A DNA stretch of 64,000 nt from positions 1 through 64,000 of the IMG/VR virus record IMGVR_UViG_3300028400_000003. One strand, given 5' to 3'. Below, piece by piece: positions 1-9,522 of this stretch. Source of the DNA: a virus. Made by a program: the position numbers and the translations under genes. The first letter of the stretch is position 1. Each line of letters begins with the position of its first letter. Below the pieces are notes generated by a model, which was given only the letters and a program-made list of their open reading frames with translations, had not been told where the DNA came from and did no database searches.

Positions 1-121
1 GGCCGTGGTGGAAAGACCCTGATCTTTGCGAGCAATGGCGCGTCGAGCACGGTATTGACCGCCGTATGCGGTGCAACCATGCGGCAGCGGTACAAGCCCT
101 TGAGCAGCTTATGGGTTTCGG

Positions 122-1069
122 GTGGCGAGGATGAGGCCCACCTTTCGCATTCACACCTTTGGCGGCGTTGGGGTACCCGTTGACCCGCCGCCGCCCCCGG
201 CCAGCCTCACGGAAGTGCTCACCTACCAGAAGGCCATGCACTACGGTGCGTTCCTCGCCATGTACGGGTCGCATATTCCCCGGGTGACCGTAGCTAAGTA
301 CCTTGGACTCTATACCCCGACCGGCAAGCCCTTGGAGGTCTACCGCAAGGTGCTTGAGGGCTACCGCAACCTGATGCGCCGGTTGAACAAAACCCATCCG
401 GTTCAGCCCCCGGAGTGGGCGGAGTGGATTGACGAGATGAAACGAGAACTGGTAGCTTTCGATCTGCTCGTTCGCACCACTAGCTGGGGCCGCCTTCCCG
501 TCATAGCCTTTGCGGGACCGGATCGGGTTGGCAAGAGCACGCTCGCGGCTGAGTTTCAAAGCCACATGGGAGGACGGATCATCGGTTTCGGGGATGCCGT
601 CAAGGAGATGGCGCATGAGTTGGGCCTGGCCGAAAACGTAGGCCGGGGCGATAAGGGTTGCTGGGAACGGGCGGCGTATGTTTCTGTAGCTCAGACCATG
701 CGCGAGAAGGTGGACCGTGCGTACTGGATCAAAGCGCTGGCCCCCAAGGTTGACCCGGACCGGTGGAACATTATTGACGATCTGCGCTTCCAGAACGAAG
801 CTGATTGGGTTAGACGCATGGGCGGCATTATTGTTCGCATTAACCGGCCAGGGGCTCAGTATCATAAGTCCCAGCGCAACCCGTTTACCCTGAGCGCTTA
901 CAGTGAGATTCCGCGCCAGACGAACGCCAGCAAACCGATTATCGCGTTTCTAGATAACGACTCTACCTTCGACGTGTTCAGGAAGAGGGCGGCTGAGCTT
1001 CTGAGGTACATCTACCGCGCGGGATCAGCCACGCTCGCGCAATACCAGCGTAAACGCAGGCTTGAGTAA
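122..1069 (+). CDS. deoxynucleoside monophosphate kinase (C-terminal) with unknown N-terminal domain
   Basis: P-loop AGPDRVGKST, then IIDDLRFQNEADWVRRMGGIIVRINRPG, typical of phage dNMP kinases. Confidence 0.75.
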   Translation: MARMRPTFRIHTFGGVGVPVDPPPPPASLTEVLTYQKAMHYGAFLAMYGSHIPRVTVAKYLGLYTPTGKPLEVYRKVLEGYRNLMRRLNKTHPVQPPEWAEWIDEMKRELVAFDLLVRTTSWGRLPVIAFAGPDRVGKSTLAAEFQSHMGGRIIGFGDAVKEMAHELGLAENVGRGDKGCWERAAYVSVAQTMREKVDRAYWIKALAPKVDPDRWNIIDDLRFQNEADWVRRMGGIIVRINRPGAQYHKSQRNPFTLSAYSEIPRQTNASKPIIAFLDNDSTFDVFRKRAAELLRYIYRAGSATLAQYQRKRRLE

Positions 1070-1090
1070 TATCGTGTGGTCATATATAAT
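1062..1090 (+). promoter_or_regulatory. sigmaA-type promoter (variant)
   Basis: TTGAGT-17bp-TATAAT, then GAAAGGG RBS. Confidence 0.65.
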
Positions 1091-1104
1091 AAGGGTAGAA
1101 AGGG

Positions 1105-1311
1105 GTGAAGACGGTGGGCGCATTCAGGTATCGGGTTACAAGAAAGAGCGGACAGCATGTGCATGTGGCCTTGTCGAGCCGCCAGCCGAATGGCGAGTAC
1201 GTCAGCAATGGGATGGTGGCTTTTACCGTTGACGAGTGGGAGCGCCTGAAGCGGGCGCTCAAGTCGGCTCCGGGTGACTTCGAGGTGGTTGACCGTGTAT
1301 CCGATCATTAG
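1105..1311 (+). CDS. small hypothetical protein, paralog of 9221-9427
   Basis: First ORF after the promoter; shares the RYR...G.l.l.v.EWE.L pattern. Confidence 0.6.
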   Translation: MKTVGAFRYRVTRKSGQHVHVALSSRQPNGEYVSNGMVAFTVDEWERLKRALKSAPGDFEVVDRVSDH

Positions 1312-1321
1312 AAAAGGGCAG

Positions 1322-1708
1322 ATGCGCAACTTCAGGCAGGCGGAAAGCATCGCCTCGCGCATCGTCTACCGTGAAAAGGTTGGGGAAAGCACGGATGGGC
1401 AGGAGATCGAGGCCGCTATCGCCATTAATCGCGAGGGTACCCGCAACACGTGGTTCGTTGCGCTGGTCCTGATTGACGCCGAGGTATGGGCACGCTCCCC
1501 CTTCGGCCAGGCCATGAAGTTTGTGCAGGTAGACAAGGCGCTTCGCGCCTGGCAGAGGGCCATCGGGTTTCAATTCAAGATCATGATGGATGAGCCGGGG
1601 CGCTACATCTGGCGCTCGCAGCATCCTGAGAAAGCCGCCGATGCGTTGCGTCGGGTATGGCCTGAGCACCTGTTGCAGTTGGCGGGCAGTGTGGAGGCTC
1701 AAAAATGA
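1322..1708 (+). CDS. hypothetical protein
   Basis: GAAAAGGG RBS; stop overlaps the next start. Confidence 0.55.
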   Translation: MRNFRQAESIASRIVYREKVGESTDGQEIEAAIAINREGTRNTWFVALVLIDAEVWARSPFGQAMKFVQVDKALRAWQRAIGFQFKIMMDEPGRYIWRSQHPEKAADALRRVWPEHLLQLAGSVEAQK

Positions 1709-2724
1709 TACACGGACTAGGCAAGCGGGCGAGTTTACAGCGTATTGGCAAGCTCCGGATCGGGGAGAAGAGTGAGCGCGGCCTGCCCCGTAGCATAGAC
1801 CACTTTCGGGTGGTCATGGATGAGGGGTTTGACGACGTGTTGGAGGCCATAGCGGAACAGTACGGCTCAGAACCCAAAGAGTTGATCGTTTATCTACCTG
1901 CCAACCCCGATTTCGATGAGGTCTGGAGCCCGTGGTATCGGCGTTACACCACCGCCGGTTTGGTGTGCAAGGGGGATGGCCTGACCGGTGTCGAGATTCA
2001 GCGGGGCGGTGAAAAGGTGGAGCGGCCATGCGCCGAAAAGGGGTGCCCGTTTGCGGAGCCTGACGAAAAGGGGCGGGTGGCCTGCAAGCCGGTTGGTATC
2101 CTGAGCCTCAAAGTTTACGGTATAGAGCACCCTGGGACATTGCACCTGACGATGGGCGGGTGGTTTCAGGTAGACCTCGCGCATAGGTTCCTGATGCTGC
2201 TAATGGAGAAGGAGGGCGGCGATGCGGCCGGCGTTCCCTTCAAGATTTCTACGGAGCGCATTAAGGGGCGCAAGGGGGTGTTTACCCGTATCAACTTTGG
2301 ATACACGAAGCTGCCGCGCATCGAGGTTGCGGTCGAAGCGCCACCGGTGGAGCCCGAACTTCCCGAACCTGAAGAAGGGCTAGAGCATGGTCCAGGCTCC
2401 GAGTTGGCCGAGGTGATCAACGAGGCCGTGGAAGCCGGGTTGCTCGTTGGGGTGGCCAAGAAGCGGGCGCTCGAAACCCTGTCACGCATACCGCTGATGG
2501 GGGCCGATGAAGCGGCCGCTCAGCTTGAGAGCGTCAGGAACTACCTAAATGAACTGCGGGCCACCTGGAACGAGCCGGTAAGCGAGCATGCTTCGGATAA
2601 GGCCCTGGCCGAAGCCGTATGGGAGAGGTACGGAGAAGAAGCCCTGCGTGAGCACGGCATCGCCTCACCCGAAGACATGACGCGCGGACAGGCCAGGGAG
2701 TTTTTGCGCGAACTTGGGGGATAG
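1705..2724 (+). CDS. Gp3-like / recombination-directionality-factor-like protein
   Basis: GKLRIGEK..LPRSIDHFRV, LVCKGDG, C..C...CKPVGIL motifs. Confidence 0.65.
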   Translation: MIHGLGKRASLQRIGKLRIGEKSERGLPRSIDHFRVVMDEGFDDVLEAIAEQYGSEPKELIVYLPANPDFDEVWSPWYRRYTTAGLVCKGDGLTGVEIQRGGEKVERPCAEKGCPFAEPDEKGRVACKPVGILSLKVYGIEHPGTLHLTMGGWFQVDLAHRFLMLLMEKEGGDAAGVPFKISTERIKGRKGVFTRINFGYTKLPRIEVAVEAPPVEPELPEPEEGLEHGPGSELAEVINEAVEAGLLVGVAKKRALETLSRIPLMGADEAAAQLESVRNYLNELRATWNEPVSEHASDKALAEAVWERYGEEALREHGIASPEDMTRGQAREFLRELGG

Positions 2725-2726
2725 TT

Positions 2727-3281
2727 ATGCGTAAGGCCAGGGAGGCGCTTTGGTCATTGGCCGGGGCCTGTTCCCTTGATCTGGGGGCGCTGGCCGAAAC
2801 CCGCATGGTATGCCCGCGTTGTGGCGGCGACTCCTGGGAAGAGTATACGCACGATAGCTGGAGCAGCACGTGGGTTTGTGACTATTGCGACGGCTATGGC
2901 AGCGTCTCCTTTGACAAGGTATTTACTGATCTAATGCACTCTCCGCCGTCTCCCGGTTCGCTTGCCAACGAAGCCGAGGTTTGGCAGGGGGTGTTCATAG
3001 ATGCGGATGACGTGATTAGCCTGACACGCAAGGTGGTGCACACCATACCTGAACCCAAGGAGGTGGCGGCTAGCCTGCTGGTAGCCTTCGTCTACCGGTT
3101 TGACGCCCGATCGGAGACCAAGGCTCCGGGTTGGTCATGGACCTGGCTTGCTCGCGCCCTCGGTCCGATTAACGCCGATACCGTCTTTAAGAGGGCTCGG
3201 TTGCTCAACGCTGCCATTGCGCTAAGGCATGCTAGCAGCCGCTCCAATGCCCGGCCCTCTGAGGAAGCGCTGCCTTTCTAG
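2727..3281 (+). CDS. Zn-finger hypothetical protein
   Basis: CPRCGG...CDYCDGYG. Confidence 0.5.
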   Translation: MRKAREALWSLAGACSLDLGALAETRMVCPRCGGDSWEEYTHDSWSSTWVCDYCDGYGSVSFDKVFTDLMHSPPSPGSLANEAEVWQGVFIDADDVISLTRKVVHTIPEPKEVAASLLVAFVYRFDARSETKAPGWSWTWLARALGPINADTVFKRARLLNAAIALRHASSRSNARPSEEALPF

Positions 3282-3284
3282 CCC

Positions 3285-3327
3285 TTGACATATATCGCCA
3301 TATCATATACAATGTAGGCAGGAGGTA
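3285..3327 (+). promoter_or_regulatory. sigmaA-type promoter + RBS
   Basis: TTGACA-17-TACAAT, AGGAGGT. Confidence 0.85.
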
Positions 3328-3331
3328 GGCG

Positions 3332-3532
3332 ATGAAGAAGATCAAGATGATCAGGGTTATTGACGAGCGCGGCCAGGTCATCACGGCCAAGGGTAGCCGG
3401 GCGGAGCGCCTTTGGGAGGCGCTGAAAGCCCGCTGCATCTATGACCACGTTAACAAGCGCGGTCAGATCGAGATGCAGATCCTCGACCGCCTTGGCCGTT
3501 TTCTGTTTCGCACGGTGGAGGTGGTGGTGTGA
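3332..3532 (+). CDS. hypothetical protein
   Basis: Strong RBS after the promoter. Confidence 0.6.
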   Translation: MKKIKMIRVIDERGQVITAKGSRAERLWEALKARCIYDHVNKRGQIEMQILDRLGRFLFRTVEVVV

Positions 3533-3900
3533 GCGCCGAACTTAACGCCGTCATGGTCAACGCCTTCGACGTTTCGCCGTTGTTTTACAGGATCACGGTG
3601 AGCGCCCTCCTCAACGGGGATACGGCCCTGGTCCGCGCGACGGGCGAGCATAAGACCCTGGAAGAAGCGGCCCGTATCGTGGCGAAGTATTGGGCGGGCA
3701 GCGGGTTGCCGTTTGACGGTCATGGCGAAAACCCCCGCGCCTTTATGCCGCCGGTCACGGTGGATGGCGTTGAGATTGCCTGGCTCCCTTCATCGTGGGA
3801 AACCGGAGGCATAAATGAACGCTGGTTGGCCATGAAGCCGCACCTGAGCGGCATTTACTGGGTTGCGGATGACGCCCTGGAGGTTGCTAATGACGCTTGA
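3529..3900 (+). CDS. hypothetical protein
   Basis: GTGA translational coupling. Confidence 0.55.
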   Translation: MSAELNAVMVNAFDVSPLFYRITVSALLNGDTALVRATGEHKTLEEAARIVAKYWAGSGLPFDGHGENPRAFMPPVTVDGVEIAWLPSSWETGGINERWLAMKPHLSGIYWVADDALEVANDA

Positions 3901-4939
3901 GGAGAAGATCAAGAGGTACATCGAGCTTGACATCCCCGTGCTGCTCAAGGGGCCGCCAGGGGTAGGTAAAACCGAGCGCATTAAGGACCTTGCCAGCGCT
4001 GAGGGCTGGCACCTTGAGGTGCTTCCCCTGAACGTCATGGAGCCGCCCGACGTTGGCGGCCTGCCGGGTATCGTCAACGGTGAAGCTGTTTTCTTCCCAC
4101 CCGAGTGGGCCAAGCGGGTAGAGCGGGCGGCGGCCGATGGTAAGCGCCCGGTGGTGTTTATTGACGAACTGAGCACGGTCCCGCCTGCCGTACAGGGACC
4201 GGCGCTCAAGCTCATTCGTGAGCGGTATGCGGGCACGATCAAGCTCCCGGAGAACACCCGCTTTATCGCGGCGGTCAATCCGCCCGATACCACGGCGGGG
4301 GCCTGGGATACCATCGCGCCGCTGGCCAACCGATTCGCCCACGTCGAGGTGCGGGCCGATCTGGATGAGTGGGTTGCGTGGGCAGCGCGTCAGTCACCGC
4401 ACCATGCCCGCATCGCGGCCTTCCTGAAAACGAAACCCACGCTGCTTTTCAACCAGCCTAGCGGCTCGACCCTGGCGGCCCAAGCCTGGCCCAGCCCCCG
4501 TACCTGGGATCACGTGGCCAAGCTGCTGCGGTTTGAACCCGAACCTGCGGAGCTTTATGAGATGGCCGTTGAACAGGTAGGCGAAGGGGCGGCGGCTGAG
4601 TTTGCGGCTTGGATCAAGAAGGCCGAACTGATTGACCCGCACAAGGCGCTGGCGCAACCCGACGCCTTCGCACTCCCCAAGCGCGAGGATGCGGCTTTCT
4701 CGCTTGTCTATGAGGCCGGGGCCATTCTCAGCAACGCGGATGACGTCACCCGCTACTGGGCTCCCTTCTGGCGGCTGCTCACCCGAGTGCTCGATGCGGG
4801 TTACCGGGACATTGCGGCCACCGGGGCCGTAGTGGCCGTAGAGGCCTTTAGGAAGAGCGGCGGCAAGCTGCCTATACCGCAAGAGATCACTCACTTCTCC
4901 GACTACGTGCAAAACGTTTTAGAAAAGGTACGCGGATGA
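3890..4939 (+). CDS. MoxR-like AAA+ ATPase
   Basis: Walker A GPPGVGKT, Walker B VFIDE, AVNP sensor, LANRF arginine finger, PSPRTW. Confidence 0.9.
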   Translation: MTLEEKIKRYIELDIPVLLKGPPGVGKTERIKDLASAEGWHLEVLPLNVMEPPDVGGLPGIVNGEAVFFPPEWAKRVERAAADGKRPVVFIDELSTVPPAVQGPALKLIRERYAGTIKLPENTRFIAAVNPPDTTAGAWDTIAPLANRFAHVEVRADLDEWVAWAARQSPHHARIAAFLKTKPTLLFNQPSGSTLAAQAWPSPRTWDHVAKLLRFEPEPAELYEMAVEQVGEGAAAEFAAWIKKAELIDPHKALAQPDAFALPKREDAAFSLVYEAGAILSNADDVTRYWAPFWRLLTRVLDAGYRDIAATGAVVAVEAFRKSGGKLPIPQEITHFSDYVQNVLEKVRG

Positions 4940-6117
4940 AGGCCAACGAGGTCTTAGAACTCCTACGGGCGGCCAGGCAGGTGGCCAGTCAACGCTACCC
5001 GTTCGTGGCTTCGATGATCTATGCCATGCATCTTAGGAGTGAGCCTACTCGCCACGAAGGTCTGGTAGCCGCCGTTTCCCAGCATGGAACGCTGTACTGG
5101 AACGATGAAGAGTTGCGCAAGATTGACCCCAAGCATTACCCTGGGATCATCTACCACGAGGCCAAGCACTTGTTGCTCAAGCATTTCAAGCGGGCGGAGA
5201 TCGCCGGTGTCGGTCCTGGGGGTCACAAGCCCTGGAACGTAGCGGCCGACATCGAGATCAACCAAGCGATACGGCGTGACCAAGCGCTTTCCCTACCTGA
5301 TTTTGCGTTGTACCCTGAAACGTTTGACCTTCCGCCTGGTCTGGTAGCGGAAGAGTATTACGACATGATCCGTGACCACGAAGACGCCCAAAGCGGCGCT
5401 CCTTCAGGGTCGGGTTCGGATGGGGTTGGGCGTGAGTGGGAGGGCGACTCCGAGGAGCCCCACCTTACGGAGGCCGACATCGAGGTGATACGTCACCAGG
5501 TGGCCAACGAGTATGTGGAGTGGAAAAAGCGCTATCAAGGTGCTACTCATGCGGACTACGAGCGCCTAGTCAAAGAGGTACTCAACCCGAAGGTTGACTG
5601 GCGGGTGTTGCTGGCGGGTCACATTCGCGCGGCCATTCAGGAGGGCTCGGGGGCTGACGACTACTCGTATAGCCGCCCAAGTCGCCGGTATGCAGGTAGC
5701 GGATTTGTTTACCCCAGGCTTCGAGGGCGTATACCAAAGGTGGCGCTGGTCCTTGACACTTCGGGCTCTATGAGTGCCCAAGACTTGAGCGTGGCTTTGT
5801 CTGAGGTGAAAGGGGTGATCGAAGCCGCCGGGGATGCTGTAGATTGGATCGCATACGACACCGAGGTCGCTTCGAGCGGGCGGACTCGAAGGCTCCAGGA
5901 CATTAAGCTGGCCGGGGGCGGTGGCACGGACATGAGTGCTGCGATCATGACCGCCGTTGAACGGAGCAGGCCCGATGTTATTGTGGTCATGACGGATGGG
6001 TATACGCAGTGGCCACCTGAGCCTGTTGGCCCTCACGTTATCGCCGCGATTATCAACACGAGGCAGACGCCGCCGGGGTGGATCAAGACCGTCTACGTAG
6101 GAGAGGAAAACGGATGA
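4936..6117 (+). CDS. DUF2201-type metallopeptidase + vWA domain protein
   Basis: HEAKH zincin motif, WNVAADIEIN, MIDAS DTSGS, GGGGT, TDG. Confidence 0.88.
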   Translation: MKANEVLELLRAARQVASQRYPFVASMIYAMHLRSEPTRHEGLVAAVSQHGTLYWNDEELRKIDPKHYPGIIYHEAKHLLLKHFKRAEIAGVGPGGHKPWNVAADIEINQAIRRDQALSLPDFALYPETFDLPPGLVAEEYYDMIRDHEDAQSGAPSGSGSDGVGREWEGDSEEPHLTEADIEVIRHQVANEYVEWKKRYQGATHADYERLVKEVLNPKVDWRVLLAGHIRAAIQEGSGADDYSYSRPSRRYAGSGFVYPRLRGRIPKVALVLDTSGSMSAQDLSVALSEVKGVIEAAGDAVDWIAYDTEVASSGRTRRLQDIKLAGGGGTDMSAAIMTAVERSRPDVIVVMTDGYTQWPPEPVGPHVIAAIINTRQTPPGWIKTVYVGEENG

Positions 6118-6362
6118 GTAGAAAAGCTAAGATCGGGCCGCTACAGGAAAAGATTCTGGTAAAGGTTGCCGAGGAGGGGTGCGTTTTTACGCGCGACCTG
6201 CTCAGCGTTCATAGCAACAGGGGGTCAATCAATTATGCGGTGCATGCCCTTGCTGATCGCGGTTTTGTTACTATTCAGTATCACGGGGTCAAGCTATACA
6301 TCTGCATCACCAAGCGAGGACTCGAGCACGCCGGACGTTATCGTGCTGGTGAAGAAGCCTGA
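6114..6362 (+). CDS. winged HTH (MarR-like) protein
   Basis: LQEKIL...INYAVHALADRGFV...ITKRG. Confidence 0.6.
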   Translation: MSRKAKIGPLQEKILVKVAEEGCVFTRDLLSVHSNRGSINYAVHALADRGFVTIQYHGVKLYICITKRGLEHAGRYRAGEEA

Positions 6363-6726
6363 GCCGCAAGTGCTCGAAGTACCGCAGCTTGGCCGCAGGG
6401 TCCGCGTAACGTTTTACCAGCCCGTGCACGGGCAGACGGACGATGCGCCTAGCATAGCTAGCTGCGGCCCCAACCGCGAGCCCTGGAGGCAGGTGGCCGT
6501 AAGCCGTGACTTGTTTTACACCCCAGACGGTCACAAGCGCTGCGGTGAAACCGTCGAAATCGTTTTGGACCGGCCGGTAGTAACGGCCTCCGGAGTCAAG
6601 GTCACGGTGGTGCGTGGCGTTATATGGGATACCATGCACCCGCGTTACCGCGATGCGGTTGACGTGTTGGTTGGTCCTGACGAGCCCGCCTTGCGCTACG
6701 GTGTTGTAGGCGGGTGGTTGCGGTGA
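6244..6726 (+). CDS. secreted 3D-domain (lytic transglycosylase-like) protein
   Basis: Signal-like MPLLIAVLLLF; VTFY..QTD..P...ASCG, VAVSRDL, DTMHPRY...VDVL. Confidence 0.75.
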   Translation: MPLLIAVLLLFSITGSSYTSASPSEDSSTPDVIVLVKKPEPQVLEVPQLGRRVRVTFYQPVHGQTDDAPSIASCGPNREPWRQVAVSRDLFYTPDGHKRCGETVEIVLDRPVVTASGVKVTVVRGVIWDTMHPRYRDAVDVLVGPDEPALRYGVVGGWLR

Positions 6727-7241
6727 GCCGCCTTGATCAGCAGGCGCTCGATAGAATTGACCTTTCCGTTAGGGTTATCGTCGGTCCTATCATGGATGCC
6801 GTTACCCCGATTCTTAACGTGGCCGCAGCCCTGTTTTCCAGTGCGATGATGATCGTGCTCACTTACACGTCACCCTCTCCCCTGCTTTATGCGGTGTTTA
6901 CCACGGTGGCCATGCTGTCTGTAGCAACCATAGGTATAGCTTTTCATTACTGGCCTGAGCGCGAGGCCCGTGCGTGGTTGCAAACGGCGCGATCCGCGAT
7001 GCGCGAGGTGGCCGCTCACCCGCCCTCTTTAAAACGCCACTTGGAACGGATAGGGCGTATGCGTCTTCTTCTTCTCCCCAAGACCCGCCGGCTCCTCGAA
7101 GCAGTGGAAGAAGAAGCCGAAGCCTATTTCATCATGGCGCGGCTTATTGGGATACCTGACGATGAAGCGGCCTATTCCGACTGGTTCGCACGCCAGAGCG
7201 TCGAGGCGCGTATGAGGCAGAGTGGTATATCATGGGATTAA
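6723..7241 (+). CDS. membrane protein
   Basis: Two hydrophobic helices; coupled start. Confidence 0.5.
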   Translation: MSRLDQQALDRIDLSVRVIVGPIMDAVTPILNVAAALFSSAMMIVLTYTSPSPLLYAVFTTVAMLSVATIGIAFHYWPEREARAWLQTARSAMREVAAHPPSLKRHLERIGRMRLLLLPKTRRLLEAVEEEAEAYFIMARLIGIPDDEAAYSDWFARQSVEARMRQSGISWD

Positions 7242-7693
7242 TGGATAAACCCACTACAGTACGTGTACATATCGCCATGCCGTCAGGGGAGCGAGTGCGA
7301 ACGTGTCACGGCCGCCGCTTCGCCTGTCCCCTATGCGGTACCGAGTTGCAGCTAAAGCGGTCGAAGATTAGTGAGTTTATGGAGGATGCCGCTGGAACCC
7401 CGGTAAACGTTTTCAAGCGAACCTATTATTGCCCATCATGCGAGTTTAAACTGCATAGTCAGGTATGGCGGCCTTACGGAGAGAACCCGTGCTGCCAGCA
7501 GCAGCTTTCCCATTTGAACCCGAGTATGACCAAGATCGTGGACATGTGGGTGGAGCGCGACGGCAACCTTACCATCTACCGTAAGCGGGAGGCGTTCGCG
7601 TGCACTTGCGGCATATATTACGAGTGGCCCGAGGGGGCCGTAATACCCTTCGACCGTGGAGCCGACGCGGGTGGAAACGATGAACCGGTCTGA
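7241..7693 (+). CDS. Cys-rich Zn-binding protein
   Basis: CPLC, CPSC, CTC. Confidence 0.5.
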   Translation: MDKPTTVRVHIAMPSGERVRTCHGRRFACPLCGTELQLKRSKISEFMEDAAGTPVNVFKRTYYCPSCEFKLHSQVWRPYGENPCCQQQLSHLNPSMTKIVDMWVERDGNLTIYRKREAFACTCGIYYEWPEGAVIPFDRGADAGGNDEPV

Positions 7694-8027
7694 CTGCAAG
7701 CTCCCCCCTCACCTGGCGGTAGCCCTGGCCAGCGCCGTTCGCACGTACTACTCCGGCCGCTGGCCCGATCACGTGGCCCTGCCGCAGCTTCGCGCCGTAG
7801 ACCACGCCTATGACGAGCCCGGTGGAACCACGCTGCTCGACACCATGACTAGGGAACAGATGCAGGCGGGACTCGAGCGGCTGAAGTTGTTTTACCCGCG
7901 CGATCATAGGATGCTACTTGCTGGCCTGGGCAACAAGCTAGACCCCAAGCGGGCGGTGGTGTTTTACCTTGCGCTTTGCAGGCTATGGACGGTGTTGAGG
8001 GCACTTGATAAGCAGGGAGGAGAGTAG
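7680..8027 (+). CDS. hypothetical protein
   Basis: ORF in a tightly packed operon. Confidence 0.5.
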   Translation: MNRSDCKLPPHLAVALASAVRTYYSGRWPDHVALPQLRAVDHAYDEPGGTTLLDTMTREQMQAGLERLKLFYPRDHRMLLAGLGNKLDPKRAVVFYLALCRLWTVLRALDKQGGE

Positions 8028-8028
8028 T

Positions 8029-8241
8029 ATGACAAGAAGCGGAGAGAGGGCTGGAAAAAGGATGCTGCTGGCGGTAAGGGCGGGCGGCCTCGAAGCGGGC
8101 ACGCGGGTTGTGGTGCTGCGGCCCGTCGGAGATGGCCAGGTGTTGGCCCTGGTTGAGGGGGAGGGCAAGAAGGTCTTGCTCCCACGCAACGTGCTCAGTG
8201 AGGTGGTGAATGGTGATGAGGCGCAGACGGAAGAAGGATGA
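8029..8241 (+). CDS. small beta-rich (SH3-like) protein
   Basis: GGAGG RBS; LEAGTRVVVL pattern. Confidence 0.45.
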   Translation: MTRSGERAGKRMLLAVRAGGLEAGTRVVVLRPVGDGQVLALVEGEGKKVLLPRNVLSEVVNGDEAQTEEG

Positions 8242-8716
8242 GAAAGCGAAGGCCGATCAGCAAACCAAGCCTGAAGCTCAAGGGCTCGAGTCCGGGGTGG
8301 CCGGTGGCGGTGCTCAGGGCGTTGAGGCTACGGTTGAGGAGACTACGCCTACCGCGCAAAAGGGGGTAGGTTGGGATAAGGAGTTCAACGAGGCCGCCGA
8401 AGCGCTCGATGAGATCGTGGCCTGGCTTCGTGAGCGCGGCTTCAGAGACCTCGACATGCTGGTTCCCTGTTGCCCGCAACAGATCAGCGGCAGGACGCCG
8501 GGGGGCTGGTTGTTTTACTACAGGGTTAGGAGTGGCGATGGGATGCTCGTTGCCGATCCAGCCGTGAAAGACCTGAACGAGTTAGTCGAGCGCTCCTTCA
8601 GTGAAACCAACCCCCCGGCGGTTAGCCTGACCTGGGTTGAAGACTCCAAGGCCAACGGTGGATGGTCTACCCTGCTCACGGCCACCCGCAAATTGGCCAG
8701 CCTGGTAGGTTTCTGA
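8210..8716 (+). CDS. hypothetical protein
   Basis: GAGGTG RBS; coupled to the next ORF. Confidence 0.5.
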   Translation: MVMRRRRKKDEKAKADQQTKPEAQGLESGVAGGGAQGVEATVEETTPTAQKGVGWDKEFNEAAEALDEIVAWLRERGFRDLDMLVPCCPQQISGRTPGGWLFYYRVRSGDGMLVADPAVKDLNELVERSFSETNPPAVSLTWVEDSKANGGWSTLLTATRKLASLVGF

Positions 8717-8907
8717 TGGCGGACATTACCAAATGCAGAGTTGATCAGTGCGACTTTAAGGAGCGGTGCTGGCGCTACCTGGCACCGGCAAGCGAACATA
8801 ATCAGGCCTGGTTCCTGCCGCAGCCGAACAAGACTGGAATCTTTTGCGAGTTGTTTTGGGATGTAAGCGATGCCAAAAACCGCAGGGCCAGACGTACCGC
8901 GCGTTGA
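8716..8907 (+). CDS. small Cys-rich phage protein
   Basis: MADITKC...C..KERCWRY...CELFW. Confidence 0.55.
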   Translation: MADITKCRVDQCDFKERCWRYLAPASEHNQAWFLPQPNKTGIFCELFWDVSDAKNRRARRTAR

Positions 8908-9172
8908 GTCTTCCGGTCGGAGGTGTTTGGTCATGGCCGCGTTAATGCCCCGGTTGATCATGCTGGCCCACGAGATTAGGCGGGTGTTGCCGGGTAGAAG
9001 CATCCACTTGGTTTACGAACCTGATGAAGATGGAACAATCTGGACGATGTATGTACTGCTAGCTGGTAATAACCTATACGACGACCTGTCCAAGCTTTAC
9101 TCCATCTATTACGACTTTCTACCTAGGCAGGGTCCGCAATTCAACCGACGGGTAGCCCTAGCCCCGTTGTGA
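8870..9172 (+). CDS. hypothetical protein (start uncertain)
   Basis: ORF track; fills the operon. Confidence 0.4.
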   Translation: MPKTAGPDVPRVESSGRRCLVMAALMPRLIMLAHEIRRVLPGRSIHLVYEPDEDGTIWTMYVLLAGNNLYDDLSKLYSIYYDFLPRQGPQFNRRVALAPL

Positions 9173-9180
9173 ACTAGGAC

Positions 9181-9209
9181 TAGACGTGTAGCGCGTTAAC
9201 ATGTATAGT
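9181..9209 (+). promoter_or_regulatory. variant sigmaA promoter
   Basis: TAGACG-17-TATAGT. Confidence 0.55.
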
Positions 9210-9220
9210 AGGCGTGAGGG

Positions 9221-9427
9221 GTGACTGGAATGACCATACGCTACCGCTTCGAGGCGCAACGCAAGGATACGGGCTACACCGTAAAGGTGAGCACGTCGCA
9301 CTATCCGTTTGCCTCCTGGCGGGATGCTGGCACCCTCAGCCTGAGTGTCGAAGAGTGGGAGGCGCTGCGTGACATGATCGGGCGCTTTACGGCCAGCGTC
9401 AAGCTGGACGAGTTGCAAGAGGTTTAG
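9221..9427 (+). CDS. small hypothetical protein, paralog of 1105-1311
   Basis: IRYRF...GTLSLSVEEWEAL. Confidence 0.6.
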   Translation: MTGMTIRYRFEAQRKDTGYTVKVSTSHYPFASWRDAGTLSLSVEEWEALRDMIGRFTASVKLDELQEV

Positions 9428-9440
9428 GTGCACCACAATG

Positions 9441-9462
9441 GCCCCGGCATGCCGGGGCTTTT
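9441..9462 (+). terminator. intrinsic terminator
   Basis: GCCCCGGC-AT-GCCGGGGC-TTTT. Confidence 0.75.
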
Positions 9463-9476
9463 AGCAGTCTTTGGGC

Positions 9477-9522
9477 TTGACAAATAGCGCAACCCCCTAT
9501 ATACTAAGGACAGGAGGTAGGC
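9477..9522 (+). promoter_or_regulatory. repeated promoter+RBS cassette
   Basis: TTGACAAATAGCG...TATACTAAGGACAGGAGGTAGGC. Confidence 0.9.
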
